A DNA stretch of 64,000 bases from Pyrodictiaceae archaeon (GCA_015521735.1 WANQ01000041.1:17347-81346); one strand, 5' to 3'. Shown: positions 26,062-35,387, counted from the first letter of the stretch. Numbers and translations are program-made. Notes: generated from the sequence alone by a model not told the origin.

Positions 26062-26817
26062 TTGACTAAACTAATAATGCTAAGAGTATACCTTGACACA
26101 AACCCTACCTACGGAGGCTACTACTCACCAATACACAGCAATGAATGCATAACACTATTACCCATAAGAGAACTACATAGACTAAAACATGTACCCTGGT
26201 TCTTGGAGGCAAGGAAGATAACTGACAAGTGCCTAGGTATAAGCCTAATAGAGTACTATCCCTTAGAATGGGGTGATAACGTAATAGTACATAATGATCC
26301 TAGACCAGATCTAGGATTCTATACAGGGCATTTAGCACCTAGAGGAAGAATTCCAAGTAAGCTAGGTGTAGGAGACTACATAGTATTCATGGCTGGACTA
26401 GCAGAATACCCCGAAGACACATGGTATAGGCGTAGAACTAGAGCTGAGATAACCAGAGCTTTTAGGCATTCATTGAAGAACGGTAAGGCGGGAATATACT
26501 TGGTAGCATATATTAGGGTTAAAGAGGTGCTAAGGATTAAATCATGGCATGCAGTACTAGAGAAGTATCCTCAGCTAAGATTTAGTCCACATTACTACTG
26601 GTTAGAAGGGAACAATGAAACAGTAGCAGTAGTAGGTGAGTCAGCTTACATAGTCCCTCCAGTAAAACTCTATGATTTCGGTAAACGTGAGCTAAATAGT
26701 AGGGTAGTAGAGGTTATTGGAAGAGATGTAGCGGTTAGTATTGTTAGAAGTAATTTTAGGAAATCAAGGCTTATAGAAGTAGATGAGTATAGTGTAGAAA
26801 AAATGCTTAGACTTTAA
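26062..26817 (+). CDS. Hypothetical protein (251 aa)
   Basis: Non-repetitive ORF of normal amino-acid composition. No family recognised by eye. Confidence 0.5.
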   Translation: MTKLIMLRVYLDTNPTYGGYYSPIHSNECITLLPIRELHRLKHVPWFLEARKITDKCLGISLIEYYPLEWGDNVIVHNDPRPDLGFYTGHLAPRGRIPSKLGVGDYIVFMAGLAEYPEDTWYRRRTRAEITRAFRHSLKNGKAGIYLVAYIRVKEVLRIKSWHAVLEKYPQLRFSPHYYWLEGNNETVAVVGESAYIVPPVKLYDFGKRELNSRVVEVIGRDVAVSIVRSNFRKSRLIEVDEYSVEKMLRL

Positions 26818-27520
26818 CATTAAAGTACTCTCTTATACACTTGTACATTTCCTCGCCTACAAGATCATAGTAAGTGTTGGGCTTCAACGTTAACTCTATA
26901 ACTCTACGATACTTAGCCATAAGCTCTCTATCCCCTAACATAGCATTAGCTTTATCGACAACATTACTGTATTTTTCATAGTCTACTAAGGCTTCTACTG
27001 GTTGTCTAGGTTGAAGCCCTGGTCTTCTCGCTGGCTTACCTATAGTTAATGCTACAACTGGTAAAACGTACTTAGGTAAACCTAATATCTTAGCTATTCT
27101 ACATGGATTAGAGTATAATGCTATAAAGGTTATACCATAACCTAGTTCTTCAGCTACTATTGATGCCCAAGCACTTGCAATACCTACATCAACTAGCCCT
27201 ATGATTAAGTGTCCTAGCCCTGGATCAGAGACACTAACTCCTATCTTCTTAGCAAGCTCTACAAGCTTAGCATAGTCTATAGCGTATACCAGTAGTAGTG
27301 GAGCCTTAGCAACATGTTCTTGGCCACCTACTGCTTCTGCAATATCCTTCTTCAACCTAGGATCTCTTACTATAATTATAGTGTATGGTTGAAGGCCCCA
27401 AGCGCTGGGGGCTCTCCTAGAAGCTTCAATTATTTTCTTAACATGCTCCTCTGGTATACTTTCACTAGTATATTCACGTATACTTACATGCCTAGATATA
27501 GTACTTAAACAACACTCCAC
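26807..27520 (-). CDS. Nitroreductase-family flavoprotein
   Basis: RHVSIREYTSESIPEEHVKKIIEASRRAPSAWGLQPYTIIIVRD matches the nitroreductase N-terminal signature. Confidence 0.8.
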   Translation of the reverse strand: MECCLSTISRHVSIREYTSESIPEEHVKKIIEASRRAPSAWGLQPYTIIIVRDPRLKKDIAEAVGGQEHVAKAPLLLVYAIDYAKLVELAKKIGVSVSDPGLGHLIIGLVDVGIASAWASIVAEELGYGITFIALYSNPCRIAKILGLPKYVLPVVALTIGKPARRPGLQPRQPVEALVDYEKYSNVVDKANAMLGDRELMAKYRRVIELTLKPNTYYDLVGEEMYKCIREYFNVKV

Positions 27521-27612
27521 TATACATCACCATTTATGTAGGACTAAGTGGAGTAGGATGAGGGAGAAAAAGATTACTTTAATCAGGGAAAAGAAGTATC
27601 TTAACTCTTATT

Positions 27613-27999
27613 CTACTTCTTCAGTATGCCTAGCATTAACCCTATGAAGAAGCCTAGTGTTACTGGTCCAACCATTAATAAGCCTAGAGTGTTTATGAAT
27701 CCTAGTACTATGTCTTTTAGTTTACTAGCACTAGTTCCAAGTTTCGATAGGAAGTCTTCTACGCTACCACCAAGACTCCACACGTTTAGTACTGCTCCAA
27801 TAACAAGTAATGCTATGAATGCGAAAATGTACTTAGCCATCTTAGCCATAATATAGCCTAAAGCAGCACCCAGTGCTACTTCAACGACAATAGCTACAGC
27901 AACTCTTGGATTAGATAGGGCTGTGAATAGGAAGTCTCCAACACTTACTGTTTCATTAGTAGCGTTTACAGCTGATATAATCCATGATAAGTCTATCAA
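27613..27999 (-). CDS. Small membrane protein (128 aa)
   Basis: Three to four TM helices (VAVAIVVEVALGAALGYIM, IFAFIALLVIGAVLNVW, LLMVGPVTLGFFIGLMLGIL). Confidence 0.5.
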   Translation of the reverse strand: MIDLSWIISAVNATNETVSVGDFLFTALSNPRVAVAIVVEVALGAALGYIMAKMAKYIFAFIALLVIGAVLNVWSLGGSVEDFLSKLGTSASKLKDIVLGFINTLGLLMVGPVTLGFFIGLMLGILKK

Positions 28000-28190
28000 C
28001 TTCCACCCCTCTTACCTAGATAACTGTTTCCTCAACCTTAAATTATTATCCGTGAACACTGATATCCTAGCTAGAAGTATTTCCAGATTAATAGTAGAGT
28101 CTAGTTAGAAGACTAAATTACTGTGATGTACGGATTTGAGTACTTCTAGTCAAACCCAGTACTTATTTAATACGATAACTATCCCCTTGT

Positions 28191-28406
28191 TTGGAGGTAA
28201 CTGTGAGTAAAACGTGTTGTACGTCTACGTTAAGCATTACAGTGCCATTAGTTACTTATCCTATTTCACTAACATTTACCCAAGTATATAGTGGGGTTAA
28301 TTCGTGGATCATAGCGTATAAGCCCTTATTCTATGCTATAATAGGATTACTCCTTATAACAGTAATCTACTTGTTGAATAGGAGGAGAAGAAATTTTGAG
28401 AGATAA
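28191..28406 (+). CDS. Possible small tail-anchored membrane protein (71 aa, TTG/GTG start)
   Basis: C-terminal TM plus basic stop-transfer LFYAIIGLLLITVIYLLNRRRR. Sits in a 530-nt gap with no competing ORF, but has a weak start context. Confidence 0.3.
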   Translation: MEVTVSKTCCTSTLSITVPLVTYPISLTFTQVYSGVNSWIIAYKPLFYAIIGLLLITVIYLLNRRRRNFER

Positions 28407-28529
28407 AGAGGATATAATTGAAGATGAGGAAGCTATTAGTGTACCTGAACCCATAGTAAGGTATATTCACGAGAAGACGGGTTATCCTATTGATGTTATT
28501 AGGCGTATACTATGGTTTGAGAGACTATA

Positions 28530-30974
28530 TTATGGTGTAAGAGTTGTTGAGGAATGATATTTCTCAATTATAGACTTAATTTCTACTCCAAGACTATTTA
28601 ATCCATTGTCTTCAAGTAACTTAACTATCCTATTAACTATGCATTCATCATAGCTTTTCACTGTTTCTACGATGTCGTTAACAGCCTCTAATACTTTCTT
28701 TGAAGCTTCCTCTCCTTCAAGTACTTGTATGGTATGATAGGTTAGTAGGGCTTGTTTTGCGTCAGGGTGTTTAATGTTTTTGCATACGTTGTGGACTTCT
28801 TTTGATAGTTCTACTACTTTACTTCTCTGGCCCAGTATTCTAAGTGATAGAAGGTAATATGGATAAGTCTCACATAGCATACCCCACTTATGCGCAGACT
28901 TTAAGATTTCTATTGCTTCCTCAGCATATCTTAGAGCTTCACTGTATCTGTCTTCACAGAATAATAGTCTAGCTATCATTGCCGCTGCTTTAGCTGTAAA
29001 ATCCTTTGATCCGGATACTCTGAATAGCGAGTAGCTTTCCAGTAAATCTTCTAGAACGCTTTCATTTAACCCGCTTATCTGTTTAACTATTGCTAAATGG
29101 AATCTTGCTATAGCGTTGAGGAATGGGTCTTGGCATCTCTTGGAGGCTTCTACTTCACTAGTAACAGCTTTAAAGGCTTTATCCATGTCACCTATCCATG
29201 CATATAGTCTTGTAAGATTGGAGTACACGTCGTACTCTATTTCGGCTTTAACTGAGTCATTGAATTTTTCGGCTATCTCTAAAGCTTCTTGTGCTTGTTT
29301 CAAGGCTTCATCTAGTGATATGAGGTTTTCTTCAACTAGTATTGGTTGTTTAGCTTTTATAGCAGCTACTAGTTCATAGTCACCTATATTGCTCATTACT
29401 TTTAATGCATTGTCTAGAAACTTCTTTGCTTTGCCGAGTAGGCTTTTATTGAGGTATACTAGCCCTAATTCATAGTCAATGTATCCTAGAGCAGTGTAGT
29501 CTTTAATATTGTTTCGTGCTTCGTGTAGTAGCATTTCATATATTCTAATGTAGTCGAGTATACGGTAGGCTACATGCTTAATTCTATGCTTTATAGCCTT
29601 AACTATTCCCTTAGGGTGGTTTGCGAGGATGTAGTATTTGAATGCTTTAAAGAATTCTTCAATATTCCTCTGTGATAGATAGTAGTCTCCTATGAGACGA
29701 TAGTAGTGTTTACATAAGCTACCATCACGTATAGGTGAAGCAAGGTTTCTAATTAAGTCTACTGCTATGTATGATCCCTCAATTTCTCTTATGAGTCCTT
29801 TATCTAGTAACATGTATAGGTTTCTACTAGTATTCCTATCACTATGAATTTCTTCTAGTGCATTTCTACTTATTGGCTCGTTAAAGCATAGTAGTGTTTT
29901 TAGGAGGTCTTTTTCTCCAATGCTTAGATACGAGTATATAGTATCCCATAGTCTTCTAGATATATTGCCTTGTAATAGCAAGTTCATGGTCTTATCTATT
30001 CCTTCACTAAAAGCTATTTTTGCTACAAGTGTTAGTAGTCCTGGATGTCCTTGAGTAGCAATGTATATTTCAGTAAATGTTTCATGATCTACTTCTACTC
30101 CTAAGGTCTTTAACAATTTATACGCACTTGTATAGTCTAGTCCCCTTAGATGTACTCTAACTAAGTTCTTCAATGACGCTAGTTCTAAGGGAACTGTTCT
30201 AGATATTACTACTAGTTTACCGTTAACTATATTTGATGCTACGTTAGCTATTAGTTCTCTTAACATATTATCCTTGCATTTCTGGTAGTCATCTATTACT
30301 AGGAGTAGACTTAGCTTATCTATACCTTCTACTATATAACGGACTGCTTCTTTAGCTTCAATTCTACTAGTAGCTATATAGTCTACTAGCTTACGATATC
30401 CCTGTGAGCTAAAATATAATGCTAGTTTCTTTACAAAGAAGTTAAGGTAATCTAATTCACTCATAGAATACCAGTATTTTGGTGAACTACTATGCTTTTC
30501 ATAGTATTTGAGTGCAAGGCTTGTTTTACCAACACCTGGTAAACCAGTTATCAGTACTACGTGGTTTTCGTTTCTAGATAGTAGTTCTAGTTCTTTTTCC
30601 CTGCCAATAAACATTTTAGATCTAGGAGGCTTTGGTGAAAAATCTATTTTATGCTCAATAACTCCTCTTTCAGAGTCGTCTAGAGAGTAGTCTAGTCCCT
30701 TAGAACTAAACCTTATGATAAGTCTATGGGACTTTAACCTGTATAGCTTAACATTCCTATTACCAATACGTGTCCATTTGGCTTCAACAAGTCCTATCTT
30801 CTTCATACGGTTTAATCTTCTAGAAATATCTCCTTCATCTCTTCCTAGTATACGTGCTATTTCGCGAGTATTGTATTCGCCTGTAGATAGTAGTGCTAGT
30901 ATGTCATTGTTAACGCTATTCATTAATACAGCTAGTATATCCCTAACCCTACTACTATTGTACTCCTTGCCCAC
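28530..30974 (-). CDS. STAND-class NTPase with N-terminal wHTH and C-terminal TPR-like repeats
   Basis: wHTH LALLSTGEYNTREIARILGRDEGDISRRLNRMKKIGLVEAKW. FIGREKELELL followed by Walker A ITGLPGVGKTSLA and Walker B LLLVIDDYQ. The C-terminal ~330 aa are helical-repeat (e.g. DRYSEALRYAEEAIEIL). GTG start. Confidence 0.75.
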   Translation of the reverse strand: MGKEYNSSRVRDILAVLMNSVNNDILALLSTGEYNTREIARILGRDEGDISRRLNRMKKIGLVEAKWTRIGNRNVKLYRLKSHRLIIRFSSKGLDYSLDDSERGVIEHKIDFSPKPPRSKMFIGREKELELLSRNENHVVLITGLPGVGKTSLALKYYEKHSSSPKYWYSMSELDYLNFFVKKLALYFSSQGYRKLVDYIATSRIEAKEAVRYIVEGIDKLSLLLVIDDYQKCKDNMLRELIANVASNIVNGKLVVISRTVPLELASLKNLVRVHLRGLDYTSAYKLLKTLGVEVDHETFTEIYIATQGHPGLLTLVAKIAFSEGIDKTMNLLLQGNISRRLWDTIYSYLSIGEKDLLKTLLCFNEPISRNALEEIHSDRNTSRNLYMLLDKGLIREIEGSYIAVDLIRNLASPIRDGSLCKHYYRLIGDYYLSQRNIEEFFKAFKYYILANHPKGIVKAIKHRIKHVAYRILDYIRIYEMLLHEARNNIKDYTALGYIDYELGLVYLNKSLLGKAKKFLDNALKVMSNIGDYELVAAIKAKQPILVEENLISLDEALKQAQEALEIAEKFNDSVKAEIEYDVYSNLTRLYAWIGDMDKAFKAVTSEVEASKRCQDPFLNAIARFHLAIVKQISGLNESVLEDLLESYSLFRVSGSKDFTAKAAAMIARLLFCEDRYSEALRYAEEAIEILKSAHKWGMLCETYPYYLLSLRILGQRSKVVELSKEVHNVCKNIKHPDAKQALLTYHTIQVLEGEEASKKVLEAVNDIVETVKSYDECIVNRIVKLLEDNGLNSLGVEIKSIIEKYHSSTTLTP

Positions 30975-31006
30975 AGTGTACCATCCATTCCTCTCCCTTA
31001 GCCCAG

Positions 31007-31035
31007 CCCATCCTCTACATTGTGTAGGGGATGGG
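31007..31035. promoter_or_regulatory. 13-bp imperfect inverted repeat upstream of the STAND gene (operator or 5'-leader hairpin candidate)
   Basis: CCCATCCTCTACA (31007-31019) - TTG - TGTAGGGGATGGG (31023-31035), with one mismatch in 13. GC-rich, 33-61 nt upstream of the GTG start at 30974. Confidence 0.4.
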
Positions 31036-31161
31036 TTAGGCAGTTAAATTATGTTATACTACGTAGAGCAAGTATCTAAATCTTACCTATCTATGTTATT
31101 AATCTAACTAGTAGAATGGGCTTAGTGTAATGATTATTAATTAGTTTATGGGCTAGATAGA

Positions 31162-32007
31162 ATGGGATGGGTAGTGGTTGGTCTTGAAAAGGTTTTAGAG
31201 CTTGTCTATGAAGTGTTTCCTTGGCATGAAGATCTAAGTCTAACTGAAGGATATGAGAGGTTTAAGGAGGCTTTAGATGATTTTAGGAAAGTCTTGGACC
31301 ACGGGCTTGTTAGAAGTGTTATTGATAGGGGTTTTGTTAGGGTAGTTGATATTTGTGGTGGCGGTGGTATAGGTGGTATAGCTTTAGCTAAGGTTTTATC
31401 TGAGAAAGGTGTTAAGGTAGACTTAGTAGTTAATGATCTACGTAGTAGTGCATTGGATCTAGCTATTCGTAACTCTATGAAGGTATTAGGGTTTAAGCCT
31501 AAGATCGTGAAAGCTAATGCTCTTGAACTATATAGGTATGGTGTGAAAGCTGATATTGCTTTACTTTATGGTCTTAGTACTCCACATTTTAATCCCTATG
31601 AAATGGTGAGATTAGTTGCTTCTACTGCGAAAATACTTGAACCTAATGGTGTATTCTTGGTGGAGGAAGCTGATAGAATCTACAATATATTTTATCTAGT
31701 GGGGTATAAGGATGTGGTAGCAGAGTATGCTGGTGAAGATAGAGTAGCCTTGTCTATTCACTCGGGTTACGATGTAAGACGTGGTGTATTCTATAGATTG
31801 TTCTTGGACATACCGTCTATGAAGAGGGTTAGAGCTCCGGTAAGGTTTTGGGATATAGCTGGTACAGCGAGTACTCTCTGGTTTTTCTTCAGAGAAGTTG
31901 ACTTCGTTGAGACAAGGTCTAGGAGGAGAGGTTTCATAGTTGCAGGTAAGCCTAGGGGTATTAATCCAGATGATTACCTAGAGTATCCAAGGATAGCTAG
32001 GAGTTAA
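31162..32007 (+). CDS. Class I SAM-dependent methyltransferase
   Basis: Motif I VVDICGGGGIGGIALA, acidic end of beta-2 LVVNDL, motif IV region ADIALLYGLSTPHF. 281 aa. Confidence 0.6.
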   Translation: MGWVVVGLEKVLELVYEVFPWHEDLSLTEGYERFKEALDDFRKVLDHGLVRSVIDRGFVRVVDICGGGGIGGIALAKVLSEKGVKVDLVVNDLRSSALDLAIRNSMKVLGFKPKIVKANALELYRYGVKADIALLYGLSTPHFNPYEMVRLVASTAKILEPNGVFLVEEADRIYNIFYLVGYKDVVAEYAGEDRVALSIHSGYDVRRGVFYRLFLDIPSMKRVRAPVRFWDIAGTASTLWFFFREVDFVETRSRRRGFIVAGKPRGINPDDYLEYPRIARS

Positions 32008-33068
32008 GGAGAAGAATGTGCTCTAAACCTATACCCTGTCATGTTTTTAGCTAGGCTCCGTAGTTTGTCTTCGGCTAGGTTTTCGGTAAGTAGTTTAACG
32101 GGCTTCTTCTCCAAGCTCTCCATTAGGGCGTAGCACTCGTATTTCTCCCATGTAACGTGTAGTGTTTTGAGCCCGTATAGTTTTGCAGCATATTTTAACA
32201 CTAGTCCTACGTCTGCCTCACCTATAGCTATGCTTCTAGCAACGTCTATGTGTGTTAAGTATTCTTTATCATAGCCTAGTACCTTGGGCTTAGTTATTCC
32301 TAATTCCATAGCCTTACTATTAATTAGGTAGTCAAGGTATACTCTAGTACCAGATCCAGTATTCCTATTGGCTAGTCTAAGCTTACCCTTGATGAGTAGT
32401 TCTAGTATTTCTTCAATGCTATTAATGTTTAGTCCAGGTTTAACTGCAAATACTAGTTCTCTCTCATAACCGCCTACTAGTTTAACTCTATTGCTGAGCC
32501 AGTATTTTTCAATGTATGGCTTATTGTATTCTCCTGTACTTGGATCGTAGAGATGTATGCATGCTACGTCAACTTCTTCGAGAGAAAGTACTGCTAGTGA
32601 TTTCCCGGAGCCTAAGCATAGTCCTTCAACTTCGTATCCCTTGTTTTTGATTAATCCTAGTACGAGTTCTAGTAGTGGGTCATGGCTATATGCTATGATT
32701 AGGTCTGGTTTCTTGAGTGGAATATACTTTATTTTATGGGTAGGCCCTATTGTAGAATACAGTTTTCTTTCTCCTCTACTATAAATTTCAAGTAGCTTGT
32801 GTGCTGTAGGTGTAAGTTTTGCTCCTCCACCACCTTTACCACCTCTACGGGCTACAACTAGTTGTTTACCTAGTATTCTCTCAGCTCTAGCTATCATTTC
32901 CCATGCACGAGAATAGGGTATCCCCATAAGTCTTGCAGCTGATAGGATGGATCCTTCTCTATCTATGAGTCTTAGTAATTGAGCTAGTTGTGAGTCCATT
33001 ACTGGTACTCCATTGTATTCAACTACTACGTTATACGTTATCATTACCTTGTTCTCGTCTATGTCCAA
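32004..33068 (-). CDS. ModE-N-terminal-type HTH regulator fused to a periplasmic-binding-protein-like (PBP) sensor domain
   Basis: GSILSAARLMGIPYSRAWEMIARAERILGKQLVVARRGGKGGGGAKLTPTA matches the ModE/LysR-type N-terminal domain. The C-terminal ~230 aa are PBP-like. Divergent from the tup operon. Confidence 0.75.
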   Translation of the reverse strand: MDIDENKVMITYNVVVEYNGVPVMDSQLAQLLRLIDREGSILSAARLMGIPYSRAWEMIARAERILGKQLVVARRGGKGGGGAKLTPTAHKLLEIYSRGERKLYSTIGPTHKIKYIPLKKPDLIIAYSHDPLLELVLGLIKNKGYEVEGLCLGSGKSLAVLSLEEVDVACIHLYDPSTGEYNKPYIEKYWLSNRVKLVGGYERELVFAVKPGLNINSIEEILELLIKGKLRLANRNTGSGTRVYLDYLINSKAMELGITKPKVLGYDKEYLTHIDVARSIAIGEADVGLVLKYAAKLYGLKTLHVTWEKYECYALMESLEKKPVKLLTENLAEDKLRSLAKNMTGYRFRAHSSP

Positions 33069-33124
33069 GGGTTATCTAGCCCTAAGAATACTATTAGTGT
33101 AATGATGGTTTTAATGGTTTATTC

Positions 33125-33144
33125 GTTATCCGTTATCCGATAAC
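33125..33144. promoter_or_regulatory. Candidate operator: GTTATCC direct repeat followed by the inverted GATAAC
   Basis: GTTATC(33125-33130)-C-GTTATC(33132-33137)-C-GATAAC(33139-33144). The last two hexamers form a perfect 6-bp inverted repeat with a 1-nt spacer. Lies 20-39 nt upstream of the first ATG of the binding-protein gene, in the divergent intergenic region. Confidence 0.45.
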
Positions 33145-33163
33145 TAGATATACTTCTAATCCT

Positions 33164-34078
33164 ATGGCTGTACCTGGGGTATATATGAATAAGATTATCG
33201 TAGCAGTATTGACTGTTATAATAGCTGTTGTGTTGGCTTCAGTATTGTATGTGGGCTATTATTCTAGGGAAATACATGTAAGGGTGGCGACAACTACTAG
33301 CCTCTACGCTACTGGATTGCTTGACTACTTAGCCGAAGCTTTTGAGGAAAAACGTTCAGGAGTAGTATTTGATTTTATACCAGTAGGTAGTGGTGAAGCT
33401 CTTCGTAGAGCAGCTAATGGTGATGCGTGCATGGTTTTTGTTCATGCTCCAAGTCTTGAGAAAAAGTATATTGAGCAAGGTGTTCTAGATGAGGGGCATA
33501 TATTTGCGTATAATTATTTCGTCATAGTAGGGCCTAGTAGTGATCCAGCTAATGTTAGTAGGGCCTCATCAGTTATAGATGCTTTCAAGAGAATATATCG
33601 TGTAGGAGAAGAGGGTAAAGCCCTATTCATTAGCCGTGGAGATAACTCTGGAACACATGTTAGAGAACTATCTATTTGGGCTAGGGCTGGCTTGAATCCA
33701 CGTGGTAGATCTTGGTATCTTGAAACTGGTAGTGGGATGGGTGAAACACTACTTGTAGCAAATGAGAAGAAAGCGTATACCTTAAGTGATATAGGTACTT
33801 ATTTGAAGTATAAGAAGGATGGCAGGATACCCTACTTAACAATACTTTACACTAATGATAGTGAGCTTATCAACATCTATAGTGTTTACATTGTTAAGAG
33901 TTGTAGTGGTAGTGAGAGGAAGATGGCTGAAGAGTTTATGAAATTTGTTATAGGTGAGGTGGGACAGAAGCTTATTTCTGAGTATAAGGTTAAGGAGTAT
34001 GGGGTAAGACTCTTTAACCCAGTTAATGGTAGGTTAGAGTTGCTTAGAAGTTTATGGGTAAAGCTTTCTGAGGGATAA
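33164..34078 (+). CDS. tupA: Tungstate/molybdate ABC transporter substrate-binding protein (TupA type)
   Basis: RVATTTSLYATGLLDYL...PVGSGEALRRAANGDACMVFVHAP...YNYFVIVGPSSDPANV matches the TupA/COG2998 pattern. N-terminal TM/signal present. Start may be M8 (33185). Confidence 0.85.
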   Translation: MAVPGVYMNKIIVAVLTVIIAVVLASVLYVGYYSREIHVRVATTTSLYATGLLDYLAEAFEEKRSGVVFDFIPVGSGEALRRAANGDACMVFVHAPSLEKKYIEQGVLDEGHIFAYNYFVIVGPSSDPANVSRASSVIDAFKRIYRVGEEGKALFISRGDNSGTHVRELSIWARAGLNPRGRSWYLETGSGMGETLLVANEKKAYTLSDIGTYLKYKKDGRIPYLTILYTNDSELINIYSVYIVKSCSGSERKMAEEFMKFVIGEVGQKLISEYKVKEYGVRLFNPVNGRLELLRSLWVKLSEG

Positions 34079-34725
34079 TGTTCCTTATGGAGACTATTCC
34101 ATTGATAATACTTAGGACTTTATGGATATCTGGTACAGCTGTAGTATTATCGTTACTGTGGAGTTTGCCTTTAGCTTATCTTCTATCTAGGAAGCATGGT
34201 TTAGCTAAGATAATGGTTCCTGTATTTGATGCATTGATTGGGGTTCCAACAGTTCTTATAGGGCTAGTACTGTATATGCTTTTTAGTTCTCGTGGTCCAT
34301 TAGGTTTCTTAGGCTTACTTTATACGCCTTATGCTATAATTATAGGTGAGGCGATATTAGTAACACCATTGATTACGTCGACTACTTATCACGTATTGAA
34401 TAATGTGATTAGTACTTATGGTGAGTTAGCCTTAACTTTAGGGGCAACGGATAAGCAGGCTATGATGGTGGCTTTAAGGGAGGGTTTACCTGGAGTATTG
34501 GCGTCAATTGCTATGGCTTTTTCTAGGGCTAGTGGTGAGCTAGGTATAGCGTTAATGGTTGGTGGGAACATTAAAGGGTATACGAGGGTTATGACTACTG
34601 CTATAGCATTAGAGGTTTCTCGTGGGGAATTTGAGTCAGCAATAATGTTAGGAGTAGTACTGGTTGTTATTGTTGTATCTACGTCAATTGCAATCAGATT
34701 CTTGCAGAGGAAGGTGTATGGGTAA
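34078..34725 (+). CDS. tupB: Tungstate/molybdate ABC transporter permease
   Basis: 215 aa, 5-6 TM, EAA-like loop LTLGATDKQAMMVALREGLPG. Start overlaps the tupA stop (TAATG). Confidence 0.8.
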   Translation: MFLMETIPLIILRTLWISGTAVVLSLLWSLPLAYLLSRKHGLAKIMVPVFDALIGVPTVLIGLVLYMLFSSRGPLGFLGLLYTPYAIIIGEAILVTPLITSTTYHVLNNVISTYGELALTLGATDKQAMMVALREGLPGVLASIAMAFSRASGELGIALMVGGNIKGYTRVMTTAIALEVSRGEFESAIMLGVVLVVIVVSTSIAIRFLQRKVYG

Positions 34726-35387
34726 TGGCTATTGAGTTCTCGAATGTGTGGTATCGTTACCCTGGTTCTAGGAAGTGGGTGCTAAGTAGTGTAGATGTAG
34801 GATTCGATGAGTCTAGGATATACGTGGTGTTTGGGCCTAATGGTAGTGGTAAGACTACTCTACTGAAAATAGCTTCCCTAATTTATAGGCCTGTTAAGGG
34901 GAAGGTATTTGCTTGGGGTTATGATTATTGGAGTTTGCCTAATAGTAAAAGGATTGAGTTGAGGAGAAGAATAGTTTATGTTCATGAAAAGCCAGTATTG
35001 TTTAAGGGTACTGTGGAATACAATATAGCTTATGGTTTAATGATAAGAGGGTTAGATAGGCATGAAGCATTAGTGAAGGCTAGGGTATTGTTGGAGAAGT
35101 TAGGGCTCTCCTACTTAGCAGATAAGAAAACTAATGGCTTATCTGCTGGTGAAGCACAGTTAGTAGCAATACTAAGAGCTATTGTGTTGGAGCCTCGGAT
35201 ACTAGTATTAGATGAACCGTTTGCTCATCTTGATAGTTCTAAGAGAGATAAGATTATGGAGCTAGTATTAGAGTTGAGGGAAAATGGTACTGGAGTAGTA
35301 ATAGCTAGTCATGACGTGTTTTTAGCTAAAGCTATTGCTGAGAGAGTAATAGTTGTTGAAAACGGCAAAGTATTAAAACCTGATTAG
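34725..35387 (+). CDS. tupC: Tungstate/molybdate ABC transporter ATPase
   Basis: Walker A GPNGSGKTT, signature LSAGEAQ, Walker B LVLDEPFAHLD. Start overlaps the permease stop. Confidence 0.85.
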   Translation: MAIEFSNVWYRYPGSRKWVLSSVDVGFDESRIYVVFGPNGSGKTTLLKIASLIYRPVKGKVFAWGYDYWSLPNSKRIELRRRIVYVHEKPVLFKGTVEYNIAYGLMIRGLDRHEALVKARVLLEKLGLSYLADKKTNGLSAGEAQLVAILRAIVLEPRILVLDEPFAHLDSSKRDKIMELVLELRENGTGVVIASHDVFLAKAIAERVIVVENGKVLKPD

